NCBI GenBank assembly: GCA_964016885.1
Contig: OZ024753.1
Coordinates: 15,314,001 to 15,378,000, forward strand
DNA: 64,000 nt
DNA from: Eledone cirrhosa
Taxonomy: Eukaryota
Direction of reading: 5' to 3'
In this document: positions 63,173-64,000 of the stretch, one piece after another
Layout: each line of letters opens with the position of its first letter
How positions within the stretch are numbered: the stretch's first letter is position 1
Notes under the pieces: generated by a model
Database searches by the model: none
What the model was told of the DNA's origin: nothing
What the model saw: the letters and a program-made list of their open reading frames with translations, nothing else
Made by a program: the position numbers and the translations under genes

Positions 63173-63514
63173 GTATGTGTATGTATGTGTGTGTGTATGT
63201 ATATATATGCGTGTGTATATGTGTGTGTATATATATATATCTCTATTAATGCGTGTGTGTATGTATATACATATGCGTTTTTTTATTATTATTTTCATTT
63301 GTATGTCTGGGTTTGGTGAGGTGGTATTGTTTTTTATGTGTATACACATATATGGAAGCGTATGTATTTATTTATATGAGTATAAGTAGGTACATATGTA
63401 TGTATGATTATATATCTAATTCTATGTATGAAGGTACATCTATATATATATATATATATATGTGTATGCGTGTGTATGTAAGTTGTGTGTGTATGTATCT
63501 TTATGTCTATGTGA

Positions 63515-63568
<54 letters not shown>

Positions 63569-63657
63569 CGATGTGCGTATATGTATGTACATGTATATAC
63601 TTGTATGTGTGTATGTATGTGTATGTATATTTAGATGTATGGGTATGTATGTGTATG

Positions 63658-63718
<61 letters not shown>

Positions 63719-64000
63719 ATGTATATATATATGGATATATATCTTTATTATCTATCTTTTATATATATGTGTATGTGTGTATGTGTTGCGCGTGTGTGTG
63801 TGTGTATATATATCTTTTTATATGTGTATGTGTATGTTCGTGTAAATGTATGTGTGTGTATGACTGTATAGGTATGTGTGTATGTATGTATGCGTAAATA
63901 TCTCTATGTGCGCGTACATGTATGTATGTGTATGTATATCTGTATGTGTATGTACATTATATTATATTTATTATATTTTATTGTTTTTATTTTTTTATTT

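Larger units (their letters stand above)
57495..64000 (-). mobile_element. Penelope-like element, 5'-truncated, with inverted 5' copy of its 3' region
   Basis: ORF with RT and GIY-YIG; about 63050-64000 is the reverse complement of about 58374-59310; terminal HHR. Confidence 0.8.

Overview
This is an AT-rich, repeat-saturated eukaryotic window. No host protein-coding gene can be supported from the sequence; nearly all ORF-track entries are translations of (TA)n/(CA)n microsatellites. The SINE content and microsatellite load suggest an octopod cephalopod (inference). A 200-N scaffold gap lies at 11586-11785. Recognisable elements: a 5'-truncated Penelope-like element (PLE; RT C-terminal half plus GIY-YIG endonuclease, 61568-63050, minus) with a long 3' region ending in a hammerhead motif and an inverted 5' copy; an L1/Tx1-type LINE lacking its RT; R4/Dong-, CRE- and RTE-like remnants; a DD41D mariner derivative; mariner MITEs; a non-autonomous Helitron; many tRNA-derived SINEs; and three minisatellites. 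The most notable signal is that many short unique islands between the (TA)n tracts carry type-I hammerhead ribozyme (HHR) motifs. There are about 10 complete ones plus several degenerate or half copies. They have palindromic stem III, a recurrent non-canonical C.A or U.U junction at the base of stem II, and stem II domains up to about 116 nt. Many islands are fold-back palindromes whose axis falls inside the HHR, and many share a short TGAGYDCY tail motif. One locus holds two HHRs 588 nt apart in direct repeats, a retrozyme-like layout. All structures were folded by eye and none has been tested.
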